DNA of 62,770 nucleotides, counting the filler, from Rhabdomonas costata (Eukaryota), in the NCBI GenBank assembly GCA_019059605.1. It is 36 parts of 36 records of this genome, joined end to end, with 100 filler letters (N's around TTAATTAATTAA, not from the genome) between each part and the next. Parts side by side here need not be neighbours in the genome. Positions count along the whole stretch, not along the records: positions 10,480 to 12,126 come from JAHMHO010011348.1; positions 12,227 to 13,873 come from JAHMHO010011349.1; positions 13,974 to 15,620 come from JAHMHO010011350.1; positions 15,721 to 17,367 come from JAHMHO010011351.1; positions 17,468 to 19,114 come from JAHMHO010011352.1; positions 19,215 to 20,861 come from JAHMHO010011353.1; positions 20,962 to 22,608 come from JAHMHO010011354.1; positions 22,709 to 24,355 come from JAHMHO010011355.1; 28 more parts are not named here. One strand, written 5' to 3'. The position numbers and the translations under genes were made by a program. The notes under the pieces were generated by a model. It saw nothing but the letters and a program-made list of their open reading frames with translations. It did not search any database and was not told where the DNA came from. Shown piece after piece: positions 11,160-23,861 of this stretch (position 1 is its first letter; each line of letters opens with the position of its first letter).

Positions 11160-13253
11160 GTAGGCTTTGCCCGCCCCCCACGCACACACACACACACACA
11201 CGGGTTGTGAGCGTGCGAAAGTTCCCCAGAAAAGGGTGAAGAAAGCACATTTGCGAGGTCGCGGCAAACCTATTCAGGAGTGAGGGGATTAGGGTTTCCC
11301 AATGTTTGGTTTCTGGTGTGCAAACAGTTGTTAGGAAGAGCTGAAGACTGTGAGCAAAGACGATGGGATACGATGGCACAGAAAGCACGGCATCTCTCGC
11401 TGAACTTTGCATCAAGCCCATGTGCATGCAGGGTCACTTCTGTCGACTCACACCGCAGCCAATGACAGCAGGGGGCGTTGACTACTTCCGAGTTTCACCC
11501 TAGCTAGTTGCGGCGTGAGGAGTAAGTTGCGTTTTTTTCCTTTCGTCTCCAAGTAACAACAGCGTTTGCACGCACACTCTGCCCGAAATGTTTTCCTCGC
11601 TTGGAGCTTACCTCTTAACCCGTTTTCAAGAGTCTGTCCAGGGCGAAGCCTCCGATTAGACCCTGAAGCTTGCACAAGACCGTCCCAACCTGAGCAGACC
11701 AATCAGCGTTTGCATTAGTGTTCGGTGCTCGTTGGTACGACTCCTAAGACTTCGTGCATCTCACGCTGATGGATACCTACGGAATATCTGAGCAAATGGA
11801 AATGTGAAGAAAAAAGTGGAGAAAAGGGTGCAAGGCATGAAGCGTGTCATCGCACAAAGGAAAAAAGTATTCCCGGGGAAGAGGGGTGGAAGTGACGTGG
11901 AACTGGGTGGAAAGGGACGGAAGGGAAAGGGAGCAGCGTGCCTGTGCGTTATGAAGCAGGTGGAGAAAGTCGGCAAAGAAAGACTGGTTGGTCGAAAAAA
12001 GAAGAGACTAGCGCAGTATTTTGTGCAGCGACTGAGCATCAAGGGCGAAAAAATTGACGCGAAAAGGAAATTTTTGTACGAACCATCCAGGCGAACTCAG
12101 TTGCACCATCCCATCAAACCCCCCCCNNNNNNNNNNNNNNNNNNNNNNNNNNNNNNNNNNNNNNNNNNNNTTAATTAATTAANNNNNNNNNNNNNNNNNN
12201 NNNNNNNNNNNNNNNNNNNNNNNNNNGGTTTGTGTTGATGATTTTCTCACCCTCTTTCCCCTCTTCTGCTGAATGGCATCTTATTTCATCGTAGAGTGTA
12301 AGCTTATGGCTTAGGTTTCGTAAAAGCTGGCTGTATGTAATTTCCCCTGTGAGGTTTTCCTTTGGGTGGGTTTACTTCTTTTGAGTTTATTTTGCATTTC
12401 GTTGCTGAATATTGGCTACGCATTGACGGTACTTGCTATGCTTCTGTGGTGTTCCGCAGTGGCCCTTGCAGTGTCACTGTACGGAGAATTGATGGATGGA
12501 CCCTGAAGAATCGAAACCTCCCTTGAGCTCTTCTCCATCATGCAAGCATGCTTGCTTTTGCACTGACAGAATAGGCTGGTATTACCGGTAGTGGTAACCA
12601 TTGGCAATGTTTTCCTTGGCAGTAACAGAGTTCTTTTATATAGGGAACTTTGGTGGCCTAGAGAATGGGACAGCCTCTCAGCATCCCCCGTTCCCACCAG
12701 CCCGGGCATTGTTGTGGATCCGGCCAGCATACACAAATGCAGGCATAAGTACATATTTCTGTTTGCATCATTTTATTCAATGTTCTTATATTTTTTTCTT
12801 TTTATTTCTGTCCCAAGTCGCGAATACTGCTCACACAATCAGACTCTTTCCTTCTTTTATTTTGCGTTTTATTTTGTGCCGGCATTGGCCGAACAGCCAG
12901 CTTCCGTGCTGAAGAGACGGTTGAAGGGGAAGGCTTTGCTGCAATGCGCCTTCTTCCGCTCACCTATGTTTCTATTTTACGGTGCTCTAGAGTTCCCGGA
13001 AACTGATTGCGAGGAATGTGGCAGGGACAGCTGCGGTGGCAGTGCGGCTGATGTTGTTGCAGGAGAGCGATATTATCAAACCGGAAAGATTCCAGCTTCT
13101 CTCTCTGTTTTCTTTTCGCCTTCCTGCAATGTTTTCGTGCAGACCTTGTTCTAACGACTCCTCTTTCCCGAAGTCTTTACCTTGCAATACCTTGTTTCTT
13201 CCTCTTTCTGTTTCTGCTCTCATTTTGACCAACGCCGTGCAGTGGTTGTGGCG

Positions 13254-13873
13254 ATGTCCGTTTGTGCCGCTCACCTCCGCAAACAGATCAAGCAACTTCA
13301 CGAGAAGCCTGTCCCCGGGTTTTCTGTGGAAGTCATCGATGGTAGCCACTCCGAGGCTGACTTTTATTTGCGTAGTCACATAAGAATGCGATTTGTGATT
13401 TTTTATCAGGTGTAATGTTTGTGATAAATACAGAAGTTCCGCCAGTCGGGTGCAGGATGTTTGATATTGGGTATATGGAATGCGAGTCAGGCATAGCCGC
13501 TCACGTACACTCACCCCAATTTACAATTTACGTTTAGGTGCTGTGCAGTGTGTTGTTTGCTGTTCATGGGTTCTCCCCTGTCCTCTTGCTATACCATTCT
13601 GCCTTGCACTACCGAGACATTATGTGCAGGTACTGTTGATGTGAAGGCCCATGGGGTCGCCTTCTCTTTTGCTCTTCCCAGATGACATCACGAAATGGAG
13701 GGTATGGATCCGAGGGATTCGGAACACCCCGTACGAGGGGGGGATCTTCCGGGCCCGGCTGGAGTTTCCACAGGACTACCCCTTCCTCCCGCCGACGATG
13801 ATCTTCGAGTCTAAGATGTGGCACCCCAACATCTACCCCGACGGCAAGGTGTGCATCAGCATCCTCCACCCCC
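13254..13873 (+). CDS. Ubiquitin-conjugating enzyme E2, Ubc7/UBE2G-Cdc34 type (3' truncated)
   Basis: Exon 13254-13341 ([29 protein letters not shown]), GT-AG intron 13342-13681, then an exon from 13682 with [18 protein letters not shown] and [16 protein letters not shown] (HPN motif and catalytic Cys). Confidence 0.95.
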
Positions 13874-14021
13874 NNNNNNNNNNNNNNNNNNNNNNNNNNN
13901 NNNNNNNNNNNNNNNNNTTAATTAATTAANNNNNNNNNNNNNNNNNNNNNNNNNNNNNNNNNNNNNNNNNNNNAGGGCTTCACTTTGGGTCCCACTGAGC
14001 ACCTTTTGAACTGGGCTAACC

Positions 14022-15400
14022 GGTGTACGCGACACAATTCACGGAGCTTCCCGTCGCGGAGCTGCGGCAAATGCAGACGTGGATGGCCCAGCACCTCAAG
14101 CGCCATCTCATCTGTCCGGGCTGCCGGAAGGCTTGCTCCCCCGCCCACACGCACAGATACACACAAATGGCGTCTCGTCCCACTGCCACGGGAAAGGGAT
14201 GCTGGAGCACCTATTCATTAACTCAGAGCTGTATGACACATTAAAATGAGACCTACAAGCAGCTCTTTGGATAAAGAATTCACAGGTGGTGCAAGAAAAG
14301 AAGTTGCATCGCATCGTGAACTTCCCCCTATTCACTGCCCAGCCACATTTGAGGTCAATTGCTACGAAAACGCCATTGGTGCATTAAAAAAATGCAGACA
14401 ACAGCATTTACGTGGGGTGAGATATTTCCGAACGAAAATGCGCGATTACATTTACAGCTTTGGCATTTACCCAGCAGCAGGACGCCCATAAAATTGTGAC
14501 GTAGCCCACACTCCGCAACAACCGCTCCTCTCGATATCCAACCAGCATGCGAGAAGGAAGGCAGAATGCACGTTGTGGGGTGAAGGGGAGGGGAGGACGA
14601 GGAAAACGGAGCGCGTACTAGTGTCAGTGGGGACCGCAGCAAAGTGTTGGTGGATACCCCGGGGAGGAGGGACCAGGACTTGAGTGATCTCCTACAGGCG
14701 AAAACAGGCAAAGACACGAAAAAAAGGCATTGAAACCCTCCCTCGAACAATGACCTTGCTGCGGTTGATACATTCAGGCAACGCAATGAGCAGACATACG
14801 ATCCGAATCCAGAAGTCAGCAACAGCTTTGTTCGCATCGAGTCAAGCTCATGATGACCTGACAGGGGCCTGACTCTCACGGTGCCTCGTAGAGGCCCGAT
14901 CGGTGGCTCAACCTTGAAGACAGAATAGGCACAGCTCACAGATGAAGCGTTGCAGCAGGTGGGGGATGATGCGGGGGGAATGGCAAACAAGGGAAAAGGG
15001 GTCCTCCGTACCAGGCACTGGCGCAAGCTAGCATACACCTCGGCCAGCCCTCGGACCTCCCCGCTAAGCGGGGTGGGTTCCAGAGTAGTCTCCCAGTGCC
15101 GGAGCATCTGCCGGACTTCCCTTGCCAGGCTGCGCGGAAGCTTCCCGGAAGTGCTGCGCTGGGCCAGCGCCTGCAAGTGGCGGCCTGTTCTGGCAACTTC
15201 CTGAAGGATACGCACATGCACATCCATGGGGCCCAGCCCCGGCTTGCTTTTTGGTCTCCTTGAGATGAGTATACTCCATAAATCAAGGTAGGTAACTGTT
15301 TGTCATAAAACGAGCTGAGGGCTTCCGTACCGCCCCTAGGAACCCCCATCGCCCGCAACTCCTCCGCCTTTCAGTGGCCGAGGGCTCCTCTTTGCACTAG
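14022..15400 (-). CDS. Multi-exon hypothetical protein (partial, boundaries approximate)
   Basis: AG/GT-bounded minus-strand exons include AEELRAMGVPRGG...LIYG, EVARTGRHL...LRQCL (~15202-15013), RSLKSWSLL...PLTL and LPAARTDEM...LCRVH. No family recognised. Confidence 0.5.
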
Positions 15401-15561
15401 ACAGTATGCCCGATAGGCGGTGATTAATTTTTATTACTTATAACTATTCTTTATTTAATTACTCGGCAATATTTATGGCGGCTGCTTCAAGTGACCCTAT
15501 CTAGCACAGTTTGCACAGCCCCACACCCGCACCATTGGACAGCCAGCCCCTACTTGTGTGA

Positions 15562-15620
15562 AGTGAGTGAGTGAATGAGTGAATGAGTGAATGAGTGAGT
15601 GAATGAGTGAGTGAGTGAGT
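15562..15620. repeat. (GAGT/GAAT)n microsatellite; same motif at ~39903-39967, ~40040-40062 and ~43355-43405
   Basis: Read directly from the sequence. Confidence 0.95.
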
Positions 15621-17852
15621 NNNNNNNNNNNNNNNNNNNNNNNNNNNNNNNNNNNNNNNNNNNNTTAATTAATTAANNNNNNNNNNNNNNNNNNNNNNNN
15701 NNNNNNNNNNNNNNNNNNNNGGGGGGGTGGGTACACCGACTTTTCACCCCGAGCTAGGGATGTCGAAAACAGCAGGTTAATTTTGCAGATTCGAATGAAC
15801 AAAATTGGATAAGCTCGTGGTATTAACAAGTTTTGCTGGTCCTACCGTCAGCTCGCTGCTTTGTTCGATTCACGCTTCATGTAACGTGCGCCCGTTCCAT
15901 GATGCAGCTGTCGTCTGCGTGCCTTCAGTCTTCATGGTGCAACATCTTTCGCGTTATGTTTCCCAGGTTAACAAACGGTTTGGGCTTCGATTGCAATGAT
16001 TAACGGGATCGTCTTTTTGGTGCCACTTGGAGCCGCTTGCCCGCCGAGTGCAATTCCAAGTTCTCGGCCTGAGGCAGTGTTTGGGCTGTGTCGTAAGCAA
16101 GTGATCTGAGCACTTCTTCCCTGTGTGGTGGGCGCCCCATCGAACTGACGAAGAAACTTTCCATCGGGGCACAGTCGGGGAGTAAGTAGGAAGGGAAAAT
16201 TGTGACCACTTGACCAGCGTGTCTTCGGGCTGATCACGGCGCCCGCTAAGTAAGTAGCAACCCCTTTCGGCGAGCACAAAAGTGATGGGCGCATTGTTGT
16301 CGGTTTCATCTGAATTTGCGTCGCCCTAAACAGCAAGGGATGAGCCACCTGGGTTTGCCCCCTTGTTGCCCATTTTGCCGGCCTAAAGCCGGGGAAGAAA
16401 GGGAAGGGGTACGAAGGGGACGGACTGGCCGAGTTTGCCCCTTTTCAAAAATCATCCGGTAGCCCTACCCGCCTTCACGCTTTTCCCTACCGCCGTTGCT
16501 GCCGCGCAATCCGGGACGTGTTCTCACCCGCTCTTCTTTTCGGACTTTTCATTCTCCACCTTTTTGTTGGTGCCCCCAGTAGGTTTATACACCCATCCCA
16601 TCCCATGGATACCAATGTCCGAAACGCAAGCTCCACGACAATTCACGGGCAATTGCTACATGGGTTTGCGCATCGCAAAACCAGATGGGCAAACACGGGG
16701 TTCAACATGGCGTGGCTGAAAACCATGCCCTCACCATGCCGAAGGCCATTTTATTTCTTGACTTAAGGAGGCAGTAAGGCGAGGACCGGGGTTCGTTTCG
16801 AAGCGCCAGCGCAAGAGGCCATTTCCAGTCTCGACAGCGGCAAATAGGCCTAATTTGCCATTTGTATGAATCAAACCTTTTTTAGCCGGCAAGGAGGGAA
16901 CGGTGAGGGCGTGGAAAAGTCACAAAATAGTTATTTTGAAAGGTTGAGACTCTTTACCCGCAATGGGTCAAAACGATGTGTTGGGAAAGAATTTATGCAA
17001 AGAAGTATCGGGCAGCGGAATTGGGATAACAAACCATGGAGCACGCAAACGGCAGCAAAACTATAAACCACCGACATTTGATAACAATAGCAGACACACG
17101 CGCAGAATATGGAACCTGGCAAATAACCACAACCATGACATGCAAAGCCTAAAACAAACTGATGTTGAATTGCAAAAACTACGTCAGGAGAGACGTGCAA
17201 AAGGAACAACAACGGAAAAGTGGTACAACAAAACTAGAGTATCACAAAAAGACGAGACAAGTAGGCATTTACAGAGAAAAATTAGATGACAAACAGCAGT
17301 ACATTTGAAAGGCATAATGTGTTTTGGCGAAAAATAAAGGAACTTGTTTGCCTCAGGACAAACCACCNNNNNNNNNNNNNNNNNNNNNNNNNNNNNNNNN
17401 NNNNNNNNNNNTTAATTAATTAANNNNNNNNNNNNNNNNNNNNNNNNNNNNNNNNNNNNNNNNNNNNGGTTGTGGGGAACAAAAACCTACTTTCGCAGCC
17501 GCTTCTGTCGTGTTCAGGTTTGTTTTGCTAAAGAACTCTCTCTTTGTATTCTGGTCTTCACGCACGAGTGGTTGTGTTGAAACTTGGAAACTATCATCTG
17601 TGATGTTGTGCGTGGATCCTTGTTCTTGGAAACTATCTCTCTCTCTCTCTCATCCCAGAAGGAAGGTAGACATAGACAAGATGCATGGGAAAAGAGACAG
17701 ACTGCGAGAGACAGTGAGCGGAAGACAGCGGAGACAGGGGCAGAGAATGTAGCTGTTGGGTATGCAGGAAATCCAGAACGGGAGTAGCACACAGACAAAA
17801 CTGAGCAGGCAGGCAAGCAAGCTGAAGACTGGGTGGTGCTCCCCACGCGCAG

Positions 17853-18601
17853 GTGGACAACTCGGTTCGCCTGGCGACCGCGATGAACTGTCAATCCCTT
17901 CTGGAGTTCATGATAAGCACCTGCAACTCTCATGGCGATGATGTGGTGAAGATGGAGGGGGGCAAGCCGGTGTGCACTGGTCTTGGTTTTTTGTCATAAG
18001 GAGTGAGGAAACCCCAGTAGAGCCTTCCAACACCATTGGTTTGTTGTTGGGGGACGAATTGAGGGGGAGTTTGGCGGGGTGGTGGTTCAGAACGGCGGTA
18101 GTTACGGGCTCACGGAGTGCTTGTGATTGTGAGATCCTCTACTGTCGCACCCTGTGCAGCATGAAATGAGTGCGGCGTGAAATCGGTGATGTGGACCACG
18201 CTGGTCCTTCAGAAAACATTCCCCCAGTCCACTCCGCGAAAGGGTGCCTGTTCATCACACAAATTAGTGTGAAATCCTCTGTTGTATGTGTGCACAATAA
18301 AAAAGGTGACGCTGCTGCAAATGCTGCACCGGTACGGCATCATGACGGCGGATAGCCTCACTGTGGAGGTGTGCAGTTATCCAATTTCCAAATTTCGGTC
18401 CGACTTCGCTTTTTTGTCGTGAATCCTCCATGTTATGCTCGTACTCGTACTTGCCACACCCCAGGGGCTTGGCCTTCAGCCTGGACCCAAGAAACAGTTC
18501 CACCGCTTTGACATCTTCTCCACGAAGTACTCCCGTGGCGGAGAGGGCAGCGTGGAGCTGTTGCTGCTCTTTCTCAAGTTTAGGAATTACATCAAGGGCA
18601 G
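17853..18601 (+). CDS. AMP deaminase family protein, probably catalytically inactive (three internal exons)
   Basis: Exons 17853-17969 (VDNSVRLATAMNCQSLLEFM...DDVVKMEGGKP), 18306-18368 (VTLLQMLHRYGIMTADSLTVE) and 18465-18601 (GLGLQPGPKKQFHRFDIFSTKY...LFLKFRNYIKGR) splice in frame and follow the AMPD pattern VDTHxH..MN..LL.F / FHRFD.F..KY / FLK..N.I.GR. Confidence 0.88.
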
Positions 18602-19222
18602 GTGCCTCCCTGTGGCTGTGTGTGAATGTGTGGATGACGGCGCGATAGGATGCCAATCCATCTACACAAATGTAGATGTCGGCGAAGGAGGATGAGTGGA
18701 GAAAGCTCCCGAAAAGAGAGACACGAAAAGCAGAGTGGGCGAACGAGATTAACGAGCCAGCGAAGAAGACCACTGGGGATTCGAGAGAAGACCATCAGAA
18801 ACCCCCGCTTTTTTTTTCTCGGCTGTTCACCGTGCCTTCTGTTCTTTTTGTTGGTTTCCCCTTTCTGATCCTGGAAAAGACCACAGGGTTGCGTGCGCCC
18901 AATTAATCTCCGTTTTGAACGCTGTTGCCATTTATTTCCCCACACCACATTGCTCCACAATCTCTTGCAGGCCAGCTTCGCGGTTGGAAGGAACCTTGGG
19001 CTTCGTGCTCCATTAAGGGCAGCCTGAGTCACATTCAGCCACACAACCAAAAACATGTCCCGAAAGTTCGTTAAATATGAACCCCCCCCCCACATACATC
19101 CCCCTTGAGTTAAGNNNNNNNNNNNNNNNNNNNNNNNNNNNNNNNNNNNNNNNNNNNNTTAATTAATTAANNNNNNNNNNNNNNNNNNNNNNNNNNNNNN
19201 NNNNNNNNNNNNNNGGTTTGTT

Positions 19223-19365
19223 GGGGTTAGGAAGGGGACACACGTGTCCTCCAACAGAAGCTTTGCAGGGGTTAGGAAGGCGACACCCCTTTCCCCTGGG
19301 ATTCCAACAGAAGTTTTGCAGGGGTTAGGAAGGCGACACACGTGTCCCATGGGATTCCAACACAA
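19223..19365. repeat. Three tandem ~45-53-bp units (GGGGTTAGGAAG...CACGTGTCC...CCAACAGAAG), related to the internal unit of the MITE at 8875-9066
   Basis: Units start at about 19223, 19268 and 19321. Confidence 0.8.
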
Positions 19366-19658
19366 GGGGCGTGGGTTACCCGGATGTCAGACGTCTAACG
19401 CCCCCCCCCCCGCCCAACTGCGCATGATCCAGGCATTCGAGAGTGTTGTTTTGGTTATCTGAAAAAGGGGAGCAGCACAGAAACGAAATAAAAGAAGACA
19501 ATCAGACAAAACGGTGGGAAGGATGGAAGAAAGAACGAAGGCGAATAAGGAAGGAAGGAAGGAAGAAGGGCTATAGCAATATGAATTAGTGATAACAAAC
19601 ACCCAGGCCTCTCGACGACAGGATTGAGAGATATGCGTTTTCACACGTACGGGCAAAC

Positions 19659-20661
19659 CAGCGAGTCCATCCCAAGTGCCAGCCGGGACAGCGGCACCGT
19701 GAGGAGCCAGCTGATCAGCATCGCAAACCCCAGCGCCGCGATGACGACAAGCACTAGTGCAACCATCATGAAGACATTTGTGCGGGCGATGCCTTTCATG
19801 GTCGAGGATACGTTGGCCTCGATAGGGCCCATGATGGAGTCCCGGTCCAAAAGAAGGACAAGGTTCACGTTCAAACCCATCTGTGAGCCCATACCGGCCT
19901 CAAACTCAACCCGATCCCAAGCGCTCCCCAGCAAGGGAGCCTCCAGCCCTGCTCTCAGGAGCATGACAAGCGACCAGCTGAGGTGGTATGCACAACGGCG
20001 AGAACGTTGGCCTGGAACTCTAGCCCACCACGTTACAAGAAAATATTATACGCATTCAGACCAAATATCTCAATGCACGGTACTTCCTTGCACTTCACTC
20101 ACAGTGTGAAAACGGCAAGTTCATACAAATATGGCCCACTTCACATTAAAAATTAGAGTTTTAGAAATCCAACGATGAAAACGTGGGAAGCGTCAATGCA
20201 ATGAAGTGGGCAGCGTAGGAAGGGGTCATCTCAGTTCGGTTTTCATCTTTCAAACCTTTTTTTTTTTTGCTATTAAGTCCGAAATGCACTCATTTAAATG
20301 GACACTATCATTTTTCAAGTGAAGCGGACAATATCACGGTAAAGAGCACAACTCCTTATCCCCGTTTGGCTCAGCCCCATCCCCCATCCACTGGACTTAT
20401 ACTGGAATGACCACAGCTTCCTGGAGGGGTGGAAAGAGTCCTAGCACATACAAGGTCTTGGCTATGGCTCACGCGGCAGCATTCTCTCTCCCTTCGAAGA
20501 GTACCTTGGAGGTTACAGCCGCAGTGGACACCCAGAAGGTCTGATTCTCGAGGGTCTGCAGGTCGTGTGTGTTGGGGATGATGTCCCACGAGACGAAAGT
20601 GGACACTAGCCACACCGCCGAGGCTCGAATTGTTGGGTCCGTGGAGTCGAGTGGAGTATAC
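19659..20661 (-). CDS. Membrane receptor with extracellular sensor, TM helix and HAMP start (receptor adenylate/guanylate cyclase-like; catalytic domain not in contig)
   Basis: Exon 20661-20505 (YTPLDSTDPTIRASAVWL...FWVSTAAVTSK) joins in phase 0 to exon 19880-19659 (MGLNVNLVLLLDRDSIMGPI...MMVALVLVVIAALGFAMLISWLLTVPLSRLALGMDSL). PLxxLxxxM after a TM helix is the HAMP start. Confidence 0.75.
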
Positions 20662-21074
20662 CTTGGGCACCGAAATATAACAGGAGGCGTACCACAAAAG
20701 CACTAAAACCCATGCTCTTCAAGAAGTTCCAGAGTCAGTTCATTTTGGGGGTTGCAAGTTTGGCGAATAATCAACCAAAAAGTTGAAAAGCTTACTCCTG
20801 TCTTGGCGTTGTCCTGGCTTGCCCGAGTGGAACCGAACCTCACGGCAGCGTTTTTCAAACCNNNNNNNNNNNNNNNNNNNNNNNNNNNNNNNNNNNNNNN
20901 NNNNNTTAATTAATTAANNNNNNNNNNNNNNNNNNNNNNNNNNNNNNNNNNNNNNNNNNNNTGGTTGTCCCAATAGTTATATTATTATTATTATTATTAA
21001 AAATCTGCACGGCACGCCGTCACCAATGTTCGTTGGCCCTGGGGTGACAATAAAGGTGCTGCTTAACCTACCAG

Positions 21075-22075
21075 TGGCCGTGCTGGGTCACCCCACGTTC
21101 ACGGCGATGGCGTGGCTCGCCAGTGGCATGTTCAGCACTGCCCGCCTTTCGGAGGCGGTGAAGCTTGGCCCGGAAGTCTCGCGGCATCTCGCAATGCCTC
21201 CCAACCTGACCTTGACGCTTCTGGTGCTGATGTTCCTGGTTTGTTTGCTTTACTTTTGCGGGACTTCTTGCGCGCTGTATTCTACCGTGTTTATTAATGA
21301 GAACAGAAAGGCGCTGCAGACTGGCCTCTGTCACCAATATTAAACGCGTTCCACACATCTGTCGAAGTCCAGCAACCACCAGCAACTTCAAGTAACTTTG
21401 CACAAGCCACGAATCGCTGCTAAACGTAAAAGACCCGAATGTCCCCTCCCTTTTGCGCTATTGTTTGGTCATGTTTCCATGTTTTGGATTTGGGAACAGA
21501 GAGATGAAAGTCATGTTTTCATGCCAGTATGGCTCGCTTCTGCCTGCTTTCCTGTATAGGTCTTTCCGATACGAGTGACCCTTTTCCTGGCGCTGACCTG
21601 CTACCGCAAACTCCCCCTCGCCGTGCACCTCAGCCACTTCCTAGTTGCGCAGCGCCCTGCCTACCTCACCCTGCTGCCCGCCGTGGCAGTGCTGGGGATG
21701 GAGGTGGACAACCCTATCTTTTTGGGTGTCGTCGCTCCCGCGGCGGTGCTTCTCTCTCTGGTCGCGGAGCCGTGGTGCCTGTACCGCTTGTACCTCGGTC
21801 CTCTGCTGATCGCCCTGCCCCCGTTCAGCTTCCACCCAAAGGCTTCAGAGGGTGTGGTCAGGAGATCATGGGCGCGTCTTCGCAGGTGACCTAAAGCGGA
21901 TGGGATTTTTTTTGGCTTTCTTCTGGGGGAGGTGAAGCATATCTTTCAGCAGTTGCCTTCTGCACCTATGAGACTGGAGTGACACCAGCTTTGCGCTTCA
22001 CGGTGAATGAGCTCGAACTCCTTTGTGTCTTTGCACAGCTCGGGCAGGGTTGCCCCGAAACCTGAGGCAGTGTGA
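21075..22075 (+). CDS. C-terminal exons of a polytopic membrane protein of unknown family
   Basis: Exons 21075-21238, 21560-21885 and 22039-22075 (ending in TGA) splice in frame through GT-AG introns and encode several hydrophobic segments. Confidence 0.65.
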
Positions 22076-23588
22076 AGAATTCGTCACAGGAACTGATGGA
22101 TCCTGTCGGCGCTGGCGCTGTGGGAAGTCTTCGGGGTGACGGTGTGGGACTTCGCCTTGCAGCGCGCTCATGGGCCTTCTCTGGTTTTGCATAATGTTCC
22201 CAATAGTGCTTCGGTTTTTTGTGTCATGGCAGGTAGCCTGCCTGGTGAATTACATTGCCTGTTTCCCCTGCAACGCTTGCAGGTCCTCCGATTATGGATG
22301 CGAGATGGTTGGGACCAAAAAGGAAGCAGCGTAGCAGGACGGGGACGGGGAACGACAAGAAAAACCACAACAGATTATGGGAGGGATAAACTCTTGACTC
22401 GAGCTGCCTTAGGCAAAACTGCTGGTCTTCAGGCTTGCCGAAAGGAATCGGGTGTGGCGTCTGATTTTGTGAGACTGAAATGTTAAATGGGAGACCTTCA
22501 CTCTTGTCATCCCTCCTTGACCTTTGCAGCACCGGATTGTTTTTTTTCGATTTCCTTTTTCCGGCGCTGTTCCACGAATTCCCCCCCACCCCCAACCACA
22601 CCCAACACNNNNNNNNNNNNNNNNNNNNNNNNNNNNNNNNNNNNNNNNNNNNTTAATTAATTAANNNNNNNNNNNNNNNNNNNNNNNNNNNNNNNNNNNN
22701 NNNNNNNNTGTTGTGGTGGGCGGTCATTGGCCACTGTGATCGCTCGAATCACTGGTGAGCTTTATCACTGCGTTTGGGTAAATATGTGCATATACCTTCA
22801 ATGTAGGTGATCGCATTGTCACTTTTCATGCGTACTCCAAGTGCAGAAAGAACATTGGGTGTCCCTCGGTAGGCAACAGACAGAGAGTCATGTGGGCACT
22901 GATCAAGGGAGTGTTACGCAGCCCTCCGTGTAGTCAGGTTTACCTTATTTGTCATTCATTTTGGTGCGCAGTCCGCGTCACTGCATATGTTGAGTTAGCA
23001 CACTGCGCGGTGCTGGAGCAGGGATCAGCAGCTGATGGGATAGCTGACATCCGCACCCGTGGGGTCACAACAGATCGCTTCTTGGCACCCGTCAGTCTCC
23101 TGAAGTGTGTCATTGTTTTCGGGTGTCCACACACGCAAGCGCGCGCGAAGACAAGACAATAAAGCGAGACTTCTCCTCCCTCCTCGCTGCGGGAAGCTTC
23201 CTAAATTTCTTCGGGGGCGGGGGTCAGGTATTCAGGGTTTAGCGTTTGTTTGGGTAAAGCACGGCGAAGGCGCATTTCCTTCTTTCCTGACCGTTATGTC
23301 TTCTCCCACATGAGTGGTGTTTCGGATCCGTGAAGTGACGCAAGAGGACCAGCAGCCTCCTCTTCCCAGATCTCTCTCTCTCTTTCCCTTTCAACTATTG
23401 AACTCTTTTTATTTCCGCTGTCTTTTTGCTTGTACCACCCGCCCGCCTTCGAGGTGTTGGGCAGTGGTTTCGTGTGAGACCCTCCGAGCCTGTCGCTTTT
23501 CCCATTCTTTTTGCCTCTTTCCGAGGGCTCTTTTGCGAGCCTCTCTCTCTCTCTTTTGGAGTCCGCAAAGTTCGGGCCGCGCCCAACA

Positions 23589-23861
23589 ATGCTTCGGGGT
23601 ACGTTTCGGCAGTTGGGGTACACTCGCCGCGGGGTTCTGCGCTCCGCGGTACGGCTTCCCACCCTGCACGGGCTAGCCTCCCCAGTGGCCTGTCTCCCTG
23701 CGGCTGCTGTTAGTGGTGGTGGTGGTCGTGGTGGTGGGTCACCGGCCGGCGCTGCCCCCTTGCGGACGGTTCTGCTGCGGACCCCTCTGGAGGGCGGGGC
23801 CTCGGGGATGCAGGATGTGCATCAGATCCTGGCCTCCCGAGGAGACCTTGTGTCTGCATGG
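23589..23861 (+). CDS. First exon of a probable mitochondrion-targeted protein
   Basis: MLRGTFRQLGYTRRGVLRSAVRL... is an Arg-rich, acid-free presequence. A (CT)n tract + AG lies upstream and a GT donor at 23862. Confidence 0.55.

Noticed and set aside
14020-14130. Apparent + strand exon (YATQFTELP...CPGCRK) with no AG acceptor and a GC donor, a possible euglenid non-conventional intron boundary
   Set aside because: The minus strand gives an ordinary AG/GT-bounded exon consistent with the other minus-strand exons of the contig.
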